Part shown: piece after piece, positions 31,827 through 42,668 of the stretch
Layout of the letters: every line of letters begins with the position of its first letter
Position numbering within the stretch: position 1 is the first letter of the stretch
DNA from: a bacterium
GTDB lineage: Bacteria > UBA8248
DNA length: 64,000 nucleotides
NCBI GenBank assembly: GCA_965204535.1
Contig: CBDBEV010000001.1
Location: forward strand, 1,312,001 to 1,376,000
Reading direction: 5' to 3'
Notes under the pieces: generated by a model
Database searches by the model: none
The model's input: only the letters and a program-made list of their open reading frames with translations
What the model was told of the DNA's origin: nothing
Position numbers and translations under genes: made by a program

Positions 31827-32504
31827 ATGTGGGAGAAAAGAGTGAACCAAAGGCGGGCCGATTCCACCGTTTCGATGCCGCGTGGGGCCGAAGCCACCAC
31901 GCGCGTTCTACTGCTCAGGCACGGCGCGGCGGAAGGCTCGAAAGAGGGGTTTTTCTACGGCAGCACCGACGCGCCGCTCCTCCCTGAGGGCGAGGAGCAG
32001 GTGCGGGAAGCGGCGGGGCGCGTCCGGGGCTGGCTCATGGAGCGTGAAACCGCCCTTTACGCCAGTTCGCTCACCCGCTCCGTGAAAACGGCGGAGATTC
32101 TTTCCGGCGCGATGGGGTTGGGCCTCAAGCCCGTGATCGTTCCCGATATCGCCGAGCTTCACCTGGGCGATTGGGAGGGGGAGACGTATGCCAGCCTCAA
32201 CGAAAAAGAACCCGAGCGGCTGGACGAGCATTACAGGAATTTCGTCCACTCCAAACCGCCGGGCGGCGGGGAGTGCGTGGCGGAACTCGCCGCGCGTGTC
32301 TTGCCCGCGTTTCGCGAAATCTGCGCCCGGGAGAAGGACAAAAACGTCATCGTCTGCGCCCATGCGGCGGTGAACCGGGTGATCCTGTGCGATGCGCTGG
32401 GCGCCCCGCTCGAGAGCTTTTTTCGGCTGGAGCAGGATTTTGCTGCCCTGAACGTGATTGATCTGCGCGAGAATGCGCCCCTCGTCCGCGCAATGAACGT
32501 CTAA
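31827..32504 (+). CDS. Histidine phosphatase (CobC/phosphoglycerate mutase-like)
   Basis: LLRHG, ELHLGDWEG, PPGGGE, AHAAVNR; start may be 31875. Confidence 0.88.
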   Translation: MWEKRVNQRRADSTVSMPRGAEATTRVLLLRHGAAEGSKEGFFYGSTDAPLLPEGEEQVREAAGRVRGWLMERETALYASSLTRSVKTAEILSGAMGLGLKPVIVPDIAELHLGDWEGETYASLNEKEPERLDEHYRNFVHSKPPGGGECVAELAARVLPAFREICAREKDKNVIVCAHAAVNRVILCDALGAPLESFFRLEQDFAALNVIDLRENAPLVRAMNV

Positions 32505-32573
32505 CGCGCCGCGCGCCTCGGGTGTGGGGCCTCGAAAGAGACGCTTCTAACGACGCTTACCCAGAAAAATCGC

Positions 32574-32996
32574 TCAGGTATTTTCTTCTCTGGCCGCTTC
32601 GTCCATGGCCGATAAGATGTCCGTCTGGGAGAAGTCATCCCCCTTGAACAGGAGCGGCGCATCCAGATACTTGGCCAGGGCGTAGGAAAAGCAGTCGCCA
32701 TAGTTCAGGGCGGCGCTATGGCCGGTACCTTTACCAAAACGCCTGTAAGCGTCAAAAGCAATATCGGCGATTCGAGGCGACACTTCCATGACTGTCGTGC
32801 CGCTCTTTTGGAAAAAAGCGTCCAATGCCAAGGTGGCGCTGTCATTGAATCGGGCAAATAAAATGATGCGGGTTTCGAGCAGGTTTGCGGCGCTGATGCA
32901 AGTGACCGCCGCCTTTTCAATCAGTTCATTGAAGGCGCGTCTTTCGGGCTCATTGCCCATGATGGCGATGAGCGCCGATGTGTCGACGACAATCAC
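32574..32996 (-). CDS. vapC: Type II toxin VapC (PIN domain)
   Basis: MIVVDTSALIAI, LNYGDCFSYALAK, LLFKGDDFSQTD. Confidence 0.95.
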   Translation of the reverse strand: MIVVDTSALIAIMGNEPERRAFNELIEKAAVTCISAANLLETRIILFARFNDSATLALDAFFQKSGTTVMEVSPRIADIAFDAYRRFGKGTGHSAALNYGDCFSYALAKYLDAPLLFKGDDFSQTDILSAMDEAAREENT

Positions 32997-33247
32997 GCGG
33001 GCAAACCGCTTTCGTCATACCCGATGATCTCATCGTTGCTTCGCCCGTCACGCCTTGGCAGACTGGCGCAATACAGGGCGATGCGGTCCAGTTCATCGGC
33101 AAGCGGTGTCCCGCCTTGGCTCTTCTCCACCTGCGCCAGCTTCTCCTGTATGGCGCGCTTGACGGCCTTGGCGATGGATTCTCCGGTCAGGCTCGCGAGC
33201 CTCTTCGCCAGCGCATGGGTGTCGTCATCTTTGATGTTCAGTGGCAT
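32993..33247 (-). CDS. vapB: Type II antitoxin VapB
   Basis: LNIKD...LASLTGES...DEIIGYDESGLP; 4-bp overlap with vapC. Confidence 0.92.
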   Translation of the reverse strand: MPLNIKDDDTHALAKRLASLTGESIAKAVKRAIQEKLAQVEKSQGGTPLADELDRIALYCASLPRRDGRSNDEIIGYDESGLPA

Positions 33248-33358
33248 GGCTTATTCCTCCATAAAGTAATTATAGGAGGAATGGAGGAAAACGTCAATTC
33301 TGATTCACAATTTATGTTGAGAGCCAAGTCCTCTCATTGAGGGGAAGCTCTCGAAACC

Positions 33359-34327
33359 TTACTTCCCCCTGAAGGCTTTGATGATCGCCGCCCCCTCGGC
33401 GCCTGCGGCCTTGGTCCATTCGGCGGACATGGTTTCGCCGATTTTGGCCAGATCGGCGGCGAGTTGCTCACCCGGCTTCTCCACGCTCATGCCGCCCGCG
33501 GCGAGTTGTTCGAGATAAAAGCCGGTCAACTCGCGCGCCCGCGCCGTTCCCGCCGCTTCGGCCAGCAGCGCCGAGGAGCGCAGGCAGTTTCGGGCGTGTG
33601 CGTCGAGCGCATCGAAGACGCGCTTGCCCGCGAACACGTAGTTGCGCGGCAGCCAGGCGCGCAAATCGTAGAAATGGCTCATGCGCTTCCAGAGCTTGTG
33701 GTAATAACCGGTCGCGCTCGAAGTGATGAAGGCCTCCACCTTCCCGCTTGCGAGCGCCCGGTCGAGTTCGGCGAGTTCGATGTGCACCGAGGGCATTCCG
33801 GCGAGAGCAGCGAAACGCGCCGTCGCGGCGTTGTAGGCGCGGAACTTGATCCCGCGCATGTCGGCGACGCCGCCGATGGCGCGCTTGAAATACATTCCTT
33901 GCGGCGGCCAGGGCACGGAGTAGAGCAGCACGAGGTTCTGCGCGGCGAGAATCTTCGTCAACCGGCCCTTTGCCGCACGCCAGAGCTTCTCGGATGCCTC
34001 GAAGGACGTGGCCAGCAGCGGCACGGAGTCGAAGCCGAAGACGGCGTTTTCGTTCTGGTGCGCGCTCAGCAGCCGCTCGCCGATGGGCGCTTTGCCGTCC
34101 TGTACGGCGCGCTTGATCCCGCCGCCCTTGATGAGGGAACCGCCGGGATGCACGGCGATATCGAGCTTCCCGCCGGTGCATACGCCCACCGCCTCGGCGA
34201 AGAGTCTGGCGTTTTGCGTGTGGTAGTTGGCGTCTCCATACGCTGTCGGCATGTTCCATTTTTCCGCCGCATGGGCCGCGCTCGCCCAGAGGAGCAGGCC
34301 CGCGGCCAGTCCCGTCAACCATTTCAT
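33359..34327 (-). CDS. TRAP transporter solute-binding protein (DctP family), orphan
   Basis: Signal peptide, WNMPTAY, HPGGSL, LLYSVPWPPQG, GIKFRAYN, AWLPRN. Confidence 0.9.
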   Translation of the reverse strand: MKWLTGLAAGLLLWASAAHAAEKWNMPTAYGDANYHTQNARLFAEAVGVCTGGKLDIAVHPGGSLIKGGGIKRAVQDGKAPIGERLLSAHQNENAVFGFDSVPLLATSFEASEKLWRAAKGRLTKILAAQNLVLLYSVPWPPQGMYFKRAIGGVADMRGIKFRAYNAATARFAALAGMPSVHIELAELDRALASGKVEAFITSSATGYYHKLWKRMSHFYDLRAWLPRNYVFAGKRVFDALDAHARNCLRSSALLAEAAGTARARELTGFYLEQLAAGGMSVEKPGEQLAADLAKIGETMSAEWTKAAGAEGAAIIKAFRGK

Positions 34328-34512
34328 GCTCGATTCTCCCGTTGTCCAAACGCCGTGATGGTCGTCGATTGAAGCAGACGATGTGCAGAAATGCTTCTCG
34401 TTGTTTTATACTGATGAGCCGCCGGAAGACTGTCAATCGGCGTGGCGGGCGACTCGTCGGCACGTCGGTGGTCTAACGGATATATATTTGTTGACCTGCT
34501 GTTCGATCCTTT

Positions 34513-35394
34513 TCAATTTCTCAAGCCGAGGGCGCGCAACCAGGTATCGACCTGCCCAAAGGCGTCTTGCTGCCATTGATCGGGTGTCCGTTCTTGTAGA
34601 ATTCGGGTCTCTTCAACGAAGCGACGCACGGATGTCGGGCCGAAACTTTCGACGGTCTCGAACTTCGCATTGATATGTTCGTAACCGGCGACGGCGTCTT
34701 GGTACTCGATCAGTGGACGGCAGGCTTCGGCCAATGCGCCGTGGCCACCCGGAAAATTGCGAACGCAATAGTAGACATCGTAGGCATCTTTTTGTTTGTA
34801 GCGTCCCTCGAGCGCGAAACCCTTCATCGCGAGTAACGCGGGGATTGACGCGACGGCGATGCGGACGCGATTGTGGCCACCTCCGGGCATCAAACCCTCG
34901 ATCTGGATCATTTCGTAAAATCTCAGGGCGAGTTCAGCACCGTCGGCGCGGATGACGGCGAATTTGTCGATGATCGCTGGCCGGTTTTTCACGATTTTGG
35001 CATTCCGCGGCATCAGAAAATCAACGAAGATGGGAATCGGTGGTCCGTCATCTGTTGCTGATACTTGCCGCACAAGCTGAAATTTCTGCTGATTATCGCC
35101 TTGGGCGTAGCCGTGCCGGAGCAGAGCTTCGACGAGGTGAGCGTATTCACCATCGCCTAGGGCCTCGGCGTCGAGGCCGAGGTCGACATCAAACGTGCCC
35201 GCATGACGCATTGCTTCATTGTCGAGAAGAAGCCAAGGAACAGCGCCTCCGACGACGGTGAATCTGCCTTTGAAACTGCCGAGGATTTGTCCGATTTCAA
35301 TGAGAACGGATTTTACCGCTTGGGTTGTTTCGTTCGCGTAGTCGGACGCCGATTGCGGTTCGTTTTTATCGGGTCCCGCGTCGCTCAGCGCCAT
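34513..35394 (-). CDS. Nucleotidyltransferase, putative type IV (AbiEii-like) toxin
   Basis: VVGG, GTFDVD, VDFL, LAMK, KDAYD; overlaps the 3' end of the upstream gene. Confidence 0.75.
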   Translation of the reverse strand: MALSDAGPDKNEPQSASDYANETTQAVKSVLIEIGQILGSFKGRFTVVGGAVPWLLLDNEAMRHAGTFDVDLGLDAEALGDGEYAHLVEALLRHGYAQGDNQQKFQLVRQVSATDDGPPIPIFVDFLMPRNAKIVKNRPAIIDKFAVIRADGAELALRFYEMIQIEGLMPGGGHNRVRIAVASIPALLAMKGFALEGRYKQKDAYDVYYCVRNFPGGHGALAEACRPLIEYQDAVAGYEHINAKFETVESFGPTSVRRFVEETRILQERTPDQWQQDAFGQVDTWLRALGLRN

Positions 35395-36467
35395 GTCAGA
35401 GTCTCTCGCCTTAGATGATCGGCTGATTCCGTCCCCCGCTCTCCTGATATTGTGAGGTCGAGGTAGGTCTGTACCGGACTCGTGCATATCACGCCGGATG
35501 AGGGTTCGATCGTGTCTTCCAGGATGTTCCTGTCTTTCAAAATGAGGACTTCGACGTTCTCGCCCTTCTCAACGCTCGATGTCCTCAACGCATCTGCTAT
35601 TCGCGCCATGCCTTTTTCGTCGGCGTAGAAGTATTCGGTGCCTGTCCTGAGATAAGGCGCAAGCCGACGCGCCGCCGAAAATGACGCGAAAACCGCAGAC
35701 TGTTCAGACGATTGCAATGAAAAAACATTTTTAGCGGCATTATCGAATGCCGGACCGTGGAGGCTGGTGTAGAATTTTATTATGTCACCGGCCGGGCGAC
35801 GATATACATCGCGCCAGGAATCCATCAGTGCGTCAGGGTCGGCAAGAGCCACGCCATTTTCCCGTTTTTGCGCCCATTCTCGGTTCAGCAATACTTTACG
35901 AATCCTGCTTACATGACCAATACTTGCATTGGCGGCATCGGCGAGTTCCGTGATGCGCCACGCACGCTTTGGGTTGCGCAGCATAACGCGCAGAACGTGT
36001 GCCGCCTTCGGACGGAACAACGATCTCAAATCTCGCCGTTCCGGGGGAGGTCGGTCCGCGACGCTTGTATCGATTAAGATGCCGGGTGCCTGGAAGAGCG
36101 CATTGCCGTAGAGATCGAGATAGCCGACTCCATGCTCGACACAGATCGCGCGTGATTTTTCCGATAGAAAGGGCGCGATGAGGATTGGTTTCGCGGCGGA
36201 ATTTATGCGATTCACGTAATCACGGAGTTGCAGCGCGGCGAAGCGTACGTGGCGGGGTTGCCCGTCGCTCTTTACTTCGCAAACGAGCTTGTATGGACGG
36301 CCGAATATGCTGACCGATACAAGAAAATCCATTCCTCGGTCGGGAGCTATCCAGGCTTCAGACTCGACCTCCCCGATTTCAATTTCGGGACTGCGGTCGA
36401 ACAGTCTCTGCAAGGCTTCGATAGCGCGAGTTTGCAATTCTTTTTCCGAATAATGTGATTTCATCAT
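35385..36467 (-). CDS. AbiEi-like antitoxin / transcriptional regulator
   Basis: CEVK nuclease-like N-terminal domain, YLDLYGN, HTH (WRITELADAANASIGHVS), SPVQTYLDL...RG. Confidence 0.75.
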   Translation of the reverse strand: MMKSHYSEKELQTRAIEALQRLFDRSPEIEIGEVESEAWIAPDRGMDFLVSVSIFGRPYKLVCEVKSDGQPRHVRFAALQLRDYVNRINSAAKPILIAPFLSEKSRAICVEHGVGYLDLYGNALFQAPGILIDTSVADRPPPERRDLRSLFRPKAAHVLRVMLRNPKRAWRITELADAANASIGHVSRIRKVLLNREWAQKRENGVALADPDALMDSWRDVYRRPAGDIIKFYTSLHGPAFDNAAKNVFSLQSSEQSAVFASFSAARRLAPYLRTGTEYFYADEKGMARIADALRTSSVEKGENVEVLILKDRNILEDTIEPSSGVICTSPVQTYLDLTISGERGTESADHLRRETLTWR

Positions 36468-36483
36468 CTGGTGAAGATACTAT

Positions 36484-36515
36484 TTTTAGTGAAATTTGTC
36501 AAATTTTCACTAAAA
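36484..36515. promoter_or_regulatory. Operator-like inverted repeat upstream of the AbiE-like operon
   Basis: TTTTAGTGAAA-N10-TTTCACTAAAA, 16 bp upstream of the start codon. Confidence 0.6.
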
Positions 36516-36854
36516 TATATAATTTTATCTTTCGGTGAAAATACTTTTTTAATGAAATATATAAATAGCTCCCATTCAGAAGCCCTTCGTGTTGAAAATC
36601 CAAAGCTCGGCTACATGGACGGGAAGAGAGCTGTCGAATTTCTGGAACCCTGAGAGTCGCCTTCGAAAATTATCTGGTTTCTTCTATCCAGACCGAGCTT
36701 TAATAAAAAGAAAAATCCGGTTATTCTTCCACTTGAAAAGTGAAGGTTTTGTGAACTTTTCTTTGCCGTTTCTGCAAGAAAAGGATTCGGCGAACCACGA
36801 GTCGTGGAACGCTTGTTCTCAGAGGACCCTCATATCTTCCTTTTGGAGGGTCCC

Positions 36855-38153
36855 ATGCGTCTCATCGAAAAAATCCAAAAGAAACAGGTTCGCGCATGCG
36901 TGATGGGTTTGGGGTACGTCGGTCTCCCGCTCGCACTGGAGTTCGTGCGCGCAGGCTACCGGGTCGTCGGGCTGGATTCAGACCCCCGCCGCGTTCGCGA
37001 TCTACGAGAGGCGAAGAGCCACATCCTGGACGTTCCCTCTCAAAGCCTGGCGGAAGGGCTGGGGACGGGTCGGCTCGAGTTCACCTGCGATCAGCGAGTG
37101 CTTGCGGAAGTGGATACCGTCAGCATTTGCGTTCCCACGCCGTTGGGCAAGACGGGAGACCCGGATTTGTCTTTCGTGCAATCGGCGGTCGAGAGCATCA
37201 GGCGACATCGACGAAGGGGACAGCTCTACGTGCTCGAAAGCACCACCTATCCGGGGGCGACCGAGGAGATCGTTCTGCCCGTTTTGTCCGGAGATGGCTG
37301 GAAGGTGGGCGAAGATTTCCACCTCGTTTTCTCGCCCGAGCGCGTGGACCCCGGCAACGAGCGATATGCCGCGAGAAACATACCGAAAGTGGTGGGCGGC
37401 GTAACGCCGAAATGCGCCGAATGCGCCTGTGCCTTGTATGAGCGCGCCGTCGCGCAAATCGTGCGGGTCGCCTCGCCGCGGGTCGCGGAGATGGTGAAAC
37501 TGCTCGAAAATACGTTTCGCAGCGTCAACATCGCCCTTGTGAACGAGGTGGCGAAGATGTGCCACCTCCTCGAGGTGGATGTATGGGAGGTGATTGAGGC
37601 GGCGAAAACGAAGCCTTTCGGCTTCATGCCCTTTTACCCCGGGCCGGGTCTCGGCGGGCACTGCATTCCCGTGGACCCGGTTTATTTGTCCTGGAAGGCG
37701 CGGCAGGCGGGATTCGAGGCGAGGTTCATCGAACTGGCCGATGAGGTGAATAACTCGATGCCGCGGTTCGTCGTGGAACTCACGTCCAAGGCGCTGCGCA
37801 AGACGGGCAAGGCGATCGAGGGAGCGAGGATCCTGCTCGCGGGGGTGACGTACAAGGCGGACGTGTCCGACATCAGGGAGAGCCCCGCCCTCGACGTCTG
37901 GGTCGGTCTGGAGCACCTCGGAGCGGTCGTTTCCTATTCGGACCCTTATGTGCCGGCAATCGACGCTCCCCCGATAAGGGCGCATTCGCGGCCCGTCAGC
38001 GCCGATTCGTTGCGTGAATACGATTGCGTGGTTGTGCTCGCGAACCACAAATCACTGGATAGAGAGTGTATCCACGCCCATGCAAACTGCATCGTGGATA
38101 CACGCAACGCCTTTGCGGATTTCCGTCAAAACGGCCGTTTGTTCAAACTTTGA
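36855..38153 (+). CDS. Nucleotide-sugar 6-dehydrogenase (UDP-GlcNAc/UDP-ManNAc type)
   Basis: GLGYVGLPLA, ICVPTP, ESTTYPG, SPERVDPGN, KLLENTFR, GPGLGGHCIPVDP. Confidence 0.93.
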   Translation: MRLIEKIQKKQVRACVMGLGYVGLPLALEFVRAGYRVVGLDSDPRRVRDLREAKSHILDVPSQSLAEGLGTGRLEFTCDQRVLAEVDTVSICVPTPLGKTGDPDLSFVQSAVESIRRHRRRGQLYVLESTTYPGATEEIVLPVLSGDGWKVGEDFHLVFSPERVDPGNERYAARNIPKVVGGVTPKCAECACALYERAVAQIVRVASPRVAEMVKLLENTFRSVNIALVNEVAKMCHLLEVDVWEVIEAAKTKPFGFMPFYPGPGLGGHCIPVDPVYLSWKARQAGFEARFIELADEVNNSMPRFVVELTSKALRKTGKAIEGARILLAGVTYKADVSDIRESPALDVWVGLEHLGAVVSYSDPYVPAIDAPPIRAHSRPVSADSLREYDCVVVLANHKSLDRECIHAHANCIVDTRNAFADFRQNGRLFKL

Positions 38154-38354
38154 TGCGCTCTCTTTGTGGCGATGATTTCGCATCGACGGGGTCTTTAGGC
38201 TTAGGCTGTTCAAAAACAATTGGATGCGCAGTTTGTCGTCCGCATTGAAAATTCCGCCCGAGGCGGTTGACATCGCCCGGCCATCTGGGGTTTATATACT
38301 CCTTCGTCTTCTCCAGAGAAGATTATTTGTGAGCAAAACAAGAGAAGAGAACCA

Positions 38355-38804
38355 ATGAGAATGTACCAGAAGACAGCGAGCCTCACGAAAGAGCAGGCCA
38401 ACGCCCAGCGCGGCTGGGTGCTGGTGGATGCGAAGGATCAGACCCTGGGGCGTCTCTGCACGCGAGTGGCGACGCTGCTGCGCGGGAAGCACAAGCCCGA
38501 CTGGACGCCCCATGTCGACAATGGCGAGTATGTGGTCGTCATCAATGCGGAGCGCATCGTGCTCACGGGCCGCAAACTTTCGGACAAGAAGTATTACCGC
38601 CACTCCGGCTACCCGGGGCATCTCAAGGAAATAAGCGCGGGGCGCATGCTGGAAACGCACCCCGAGCGCGTGATAGAACGCGCCGTGCGGGGCATGTTGC
38701 CCAAAAACAAGCTGGGGCGTTCCTTGCTGCAAAAGCTCAAGGTATATGCGGGTGACAAGCATCCGCATGAGGCGCAGCAGCCCGAAGCGATTCAGTTGGA
38801 CTGA
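38355..38804 (+). CDS. rplM: 50S ribosomal protein L13
   Basis: [35 protein letters not shown]. Confidence 0.98.
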   Translation: MRMYQKTASLTKEQANAQRGWVLVDAKDQTLGRLCTRVATLLRGKHKPDWTPHVDNGEYVVVINAERIVLTGRKLSDKKYYRHSGYPGHLKEISAGRMLETHPERVIERAVRGMLPKNKLGRSLLQKLKVYAGDKHPHEAQQPEAIQLD

Positions 38805-38829
38805 ATTCCAAGAGGTTGATGAAGCAGAC

Positions 38830-39225
38830 ATGGCCACGATACCGAAGCACTACGCCACGGGAAAACGCAAAACGGCCGTCGCGCGCGTCTGGATAGAGCC
38901 CGGCGACGGCAGGATCCTGGTAAACAACACGCCTGCGGACGAGTATTTCCTCCGCGACACCTCGCTCATGGTGATCAAGCAGCCCTTCGAGTTGACTGAA
39001 ACCTGGGGCAGCTACGACGTGCGGGCAACCGTGAAGGGCGGGGGACTCACCGGTCAGGCGGGCGCCGTTCGTCACGGGATTTCAAAAGCCCTGCTGAGCG
39101 TGGACCCCGCATTTCGGACGATTCTCAAGAAAGCGGGTCTCATCACGCGCGATTCCCGTGTCAAAGAGCGTAAAAAATATGGTTTGAAAGGCGCGCGCAA
39201 GAGCTTCCAGTTCTCCAAGCGCTAA
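38830..39225 (+). CDS. rpsI: 30S ribosomal protein S9
   Basis: [32 protein letters not shown]. Confidence 0.98.
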   Translation: MATIPKHYATGKRKTAVARVWIEPGDGRILVNNTPADEYFLRDTSLMVIKQPFELTETWGSYDVRATVKGGGLTGQAGAVRHGISKALLSVDPAFRTILKKAGLITRDSRVKERKKYGLKGARKSFQFSKR

Positions 39226-39245
39226 CCACTGCGGTGGTCGATTCG

Positions 39246-39273
39246 GGGGCTGGCTTTGCCGGCCCCTTTTTTT
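39246..39273 (+). terminator. Intrinsic terminator after rpsI
   Basis: GGGGCTGGC-TTT-GCCGGCCCC then T7. Confidence 0.8.
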
Positions 39274-39355
39274 GTGCGAAAAAATGAATTGTGGTGGATA
39301 CTTGCTCTGATGAGGGTTGGACGCGAAGAGCTTAAGGATTCTGGAGGATAAGGAG

Positions 39356-40393
39356 ATGCCGAAAATCGCCGTGGTGGGCGCCACGGGATATACGGGTTTC
39401 GAGTTGTTGAGGCTCCTCGGATCGCACGGGGGCGTGGAGGTGATGGCTCTCACGTCCGAAACCTATGCCGGTCAGGGGGTGGATGAGGTGTTTCCCGCGC
39501 TCTCTTCCGTTCATGGCGGTACGCTCGTGAAGTTCGAACTCGCCGTCTGCGAGGGAGCCGACGTCGTATTCTGCTGCCTGCCCCACCGGGTGGCGATGAA
39601 CACCGTGCCTTCCCTGCTGGAGGCCGGTCATCGGGTGGTGGATTTTTCCGCCGATTACCGCCTGCGGGATTTCGGCGTTTATGAAGCCTGGTACAAGACG
39701 GAGCACACTTCGCCTGAGAGGATAGCGGATGCCGTATACGGGGTGCCCGAACTATACCGTGAGGAGATCAAAAAAGCGCGCCTCGTCGCGAACCCGGGTT
39801 GCTACCCCACGGGAGCGATTCTGGCCCTGGCCCCGCTGTTGAGGGCGAGACTCATCAGGCCCGACTCCATCATCGTGGATGCAAAATCAGGCGTTTCGGG
39901 AGCAGGAAGAAAAGCCGATTTGAGCCTTCAGTTCGGCGAGGTGAACGAGGGCTTCAAGGCCTATGGGGTGGGAAACCATCGCCATACGCCCGAGATCGAG
40001 CAGGAGTTGTCCGTCGCTCTCGGGGAGGCCGTGCAGGTTTCCTTCACGCCGCATCTGGCGCCCATGACACGGGGGATTCTCTCGACTATTTACGCCGAGG
40101 GCGAGGGCGGCGCGGACGCCTCGGCGGTTCGGGCGGCGCTGCGCGACGCCTATGCGGATGAGCCGTTCATCCGCCTGATGCCCGAGGGCGCGTTTCCCAA
40201 CGTGACGCAGGTAGCCGGCTCGAACTATGTGGACATCGGCCTGGCGCACGATGAACGTACCTCGCGCTTCATCATTGTCGCGGCGATAGACAACTTGGTG
40301 AAGGGAGCATCGGGGGCGGCGGTGCAGAACATGAATCTGATGCTGGGGCTTCCCGAGACGCAAGGTCTCCTGCATCCGGGATTTTGGATGTAA
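39356..40393 (+). CDS. argC: N-acetyl-gamma-glutamyl-phosphate reductase
   Basis: GATGYTG, ANPGCYPT, SGVSGAGR, HRHTPEI, DNLVKGASG. Confidence 0.97.
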   Translation: MPKIAVVGATGYTGFELLRLLGSHGGVEVMALTSETYAGQGVDEVFPALSSVHGGTLVKFELAVCEGADVVFCCLPHRVAMNTVPSLLEAGHRVVDFSADYRLRDFGVYEAWYKTEHTSPERIADAVYGVPELYREEIKKARLVANPGCYPTGAILALAPLLRARLIRPDSIIVDAKSGVSGAGRKADLSLQFGEVNEGFKAYGVGNHRHTPEIEQELSVALGEAVQVSFTPHLAPMTRGILSTIYAEGEGGADASAVRAALRDAYADEPFIRLMPEGAFPNVTQVAGSNYVDIGLAHDERTSRFIIVAAIDNLVKGASGAAVQNMNLMLGLPETQGLLHPGFWM

Positions 40394-40416
40394 GCGAAAA
40401 AGAAGGGGTCTTGGTT

Positions 40417-41631
40417 GTGAGTGAAAAAGACTACATTCAGGCGATTGAGGGCGGTGTTTGCGCGGCCGAGGGAGTCCGCGCCGCCTCGGTGACGGCGGGC
40501 ATCAAGCCCTCGGGCAATCCGGATATGGTGCTGCTCGCTTTCGACCCCCCGGCCGCCGCCGCGGGCGTCTACACCCGGAACAAAATGTGCGCCGCTCCCG
40601 TCACCCTGTGCAGGGAGCGGGTCGGAAAGTCGCCTTTGCGGGCGTTTCTCGTCAACAGCGGCAACGCGAACGCCTGTACGGGCGAGCGGGGCTATCGAGA
40701 CGCCGTGAGCCTTTGCGGCGAAGTGGCGGATGCGCTCGACTGCCCGGAAGCGCAGGTCGCCATGTCCTCCACCGGACTCATCGGCGCTCCGCTCCCGGTG
40801 GAACTCATGAAGTCCCAAATTGCCAACCTGGTGTCCGGTCTTTCGGTGGAGGGCGGACACGATGCGGCGGTGGGCATCATGACGACCGACACGCGGCCCA
40901 AGGAGTACGCCGTTCGGGTGAACGCAGAAGAAGGCGTTTTCCACGTCGGCGGCATCACCAAGGGGGCCGGCATGATCGCCCCCGACATGGCGACCATGCT
41001 CGCATACGTCGCCACCGACGCCGTGGTTGCGCAAGGCGACCTCCAGGCCATCCTGCGGGCCGTCGTGCGCAAGACGTTCAACTGCGTGACGATCGACGGC
41101 GACACCTCGACAAACGACACGGCGATTCTGGCCGCCACGGGCGCATCCGGCGTGGCGCTTGAATCGGAGGAAGCCCTGACGCGGTTCGAAGCGGGGCTTT
41201 ACCGGGTATGCAAGGAATTGGCCCTGGCCATCGTTCGCGACGGCGAGGGAGTGAACAAGGTGGTGGAGGTGAAAATCACGGGCGCGGCCAGCGAGGAGCA
41301 GGCGCATCTGGCCGCGAAGTCGGTTTCCGAGAGCCTGTTGGTGAAGACGGCCATTCATGGCGAGATGCCCAACTGGGGCCGGATGTTCGCGGCGGCCGGC
41401 TACAGCGGCGCGGATGTGGCGCCCGAGAAGATGTCGTTGAAATTCGAGGAGGTGGAAGTCATGCGCGACGGCGCGCCCGTTCCGGGCTGGGCCGATTCCC
41501 TGGCGCCTCTGCTCAAACGGCCCGAATACGGCCTCGAACTGGGTCTGGGAGTCGGTGATGCGGAGGCCGTTTTCTGGACGACGGATCTGAGTGCGGATTA
41601 CGTGCGCTTCAACGCGGACTACAAGACGTGA
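40417..41631 (+). CDS. argJ: Ornithine acetyltransferase / N-acetylglutamate synthase
   Basis: NSGNANACTG, IMTTDT, KGAGMIAPDMATML, DGDTSTND, DGEG. Confidence 0.97.
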   Translation: MSEKDYIQAIEGGVCAAEGVRAASVTAGIKPSGNPDMVLLAFDPPAAAAGVYTRNKMCAAPVTLCRERVGKSPLRAFLVNSGNANACTGERGYRDAVSLCGEVADALDCPEAQVAMSSTGLIGAPLPVELMKSQIANLVSGLSVEGGHDAAVGIMTTDTRPKEYAVRVNAEEGVFHVGGITKGAGMIAPDMATMLAYVATDAVVAQGDLQAILRAVVRKTFNCVTIDGDTSTNDTAILAATGASGVALESEEALTRFEAGLYRVCKELALAIVRDGEGVNKVVEVKITGAASEEQAHLAAKSVSESLLVKTAIHGEMPNWGRMFAAAGYSGADVAPEKMSLKFEEVEVMRDGAPVPGWADSLAPLLKRPEYGLELGLGVGDAEAVFWTTDLSADYVRFNADYKT

Positions 41632-41827
41632 ACGCTTTTGATTCGGCGACTTGAATCGTCCGGGTTCTTGTGAGACATTCCATCCGCCGAACGATGGCGG
41701 ACGCCGTGGCGGTGGAGCCGGTCGGCGAATTACTCGAATAAAATCAATTGCTTGAAAATTCGGCCTCATCCGCCATGAGGCCGGCAGGGCCCCCCTCGAT
41801 GAAAGGCGGGGCAAAAGGAGTCTTGTC

Positions 41828-42622
41828 GTGAACCCGATTACATTGCGAGAGTTGCTGGAAGCCGGCGCCCACTTCGGGCACCAGACCATCCGGTGGAACC
41901 CCAAGATGCGCCCTTATATTTTCGGCGCGCGAAACGGGATTTACATCATCGATCTTCAGAAAACCCTCAAGTTGTTCAACGCGGCCCGGGAGGTGATTCG
42001 GGACATCGCGGCCAAGGGCGGCAAGGTGCTTTTTGTAGGAACGAAGCAACAGGCTCAGGAAATCGTGATGGAAGAGGCCCGGAACGTAGGGATGCCCTTC
42101 GTCACCCAGCGCTGGCTCGGCGGGACGCTCACGAATTTCCAGACGATTAAAAACTCCATCGCGCGCCTTCTCGATCTGGAATCAATGAAGAATGACGGCA
42201 CCTTCGAGCTCTTGGCGAAAAAAGAGGCCGTCAGGCGCGAGAAGGACATGGCGCGGCTCGAGAAGTTTCTCGGCGGCATCAAGCATATGGACAAGCTGCC
42301 GCAGGCCATGTTCGTCATCGATACGGGTCATGAGTACAACGCCATTCGCGAAGCCAAAAAACTGGGTATTCCCGTTATCGCCGTAGTGGACACGAATTGC
42401 GACCCCGATGGGGTGGACCACATCTTGCCGGGCAATGACGACGCTTTGCGCTCGATTCGCTTCTTCGTGTCGCGGGTGGCGGAGGCTATCGCCGAAGGAG
42501 TCACCTTGCGCAAGGAGACGGGGGCCGAGGACGTCGAAGCCGTCGTCGCCTCGGGCGACGCGGTAGCGGCCGAAATGATGGCGGCGGCTGCAAGCGAAGC
42601 GGAAACGAAAGCGGAAGGATAA
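41828..42622 (+). CDS. rpsB: 30S ribosomal protein S2
   Basis: [33 protein letters not shown]. Confidence 0.98.
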   Translation: MNPITLRELLEAGAHFGHQTIRWNPKMRPYIFGARNGIYIIDLQKTLKLFNAAREVIRDIAAKGGKVLFVGTKQQAQEIVMEEARNVGMPFVTQRWLGGTLTNFQTIKNSIARLLDLESMKNDGTFELLAKKEAVRREKDMARLEKFLGGIKHMDKLPQAMFVIDTGHEYNAIREAKKLGIPVIAVVDTNCDPDGVDHILPGNDDALRSIRFFVSRVAEAIAEGVTLRKETGAEDVEAVVASGDAVAAEMMAAAASEAETKAEG

Positions 42623-42668
42623 CCATTACTTTTTCGACAGCCGGATTTCATGAGGAGAGATTCAGGGC

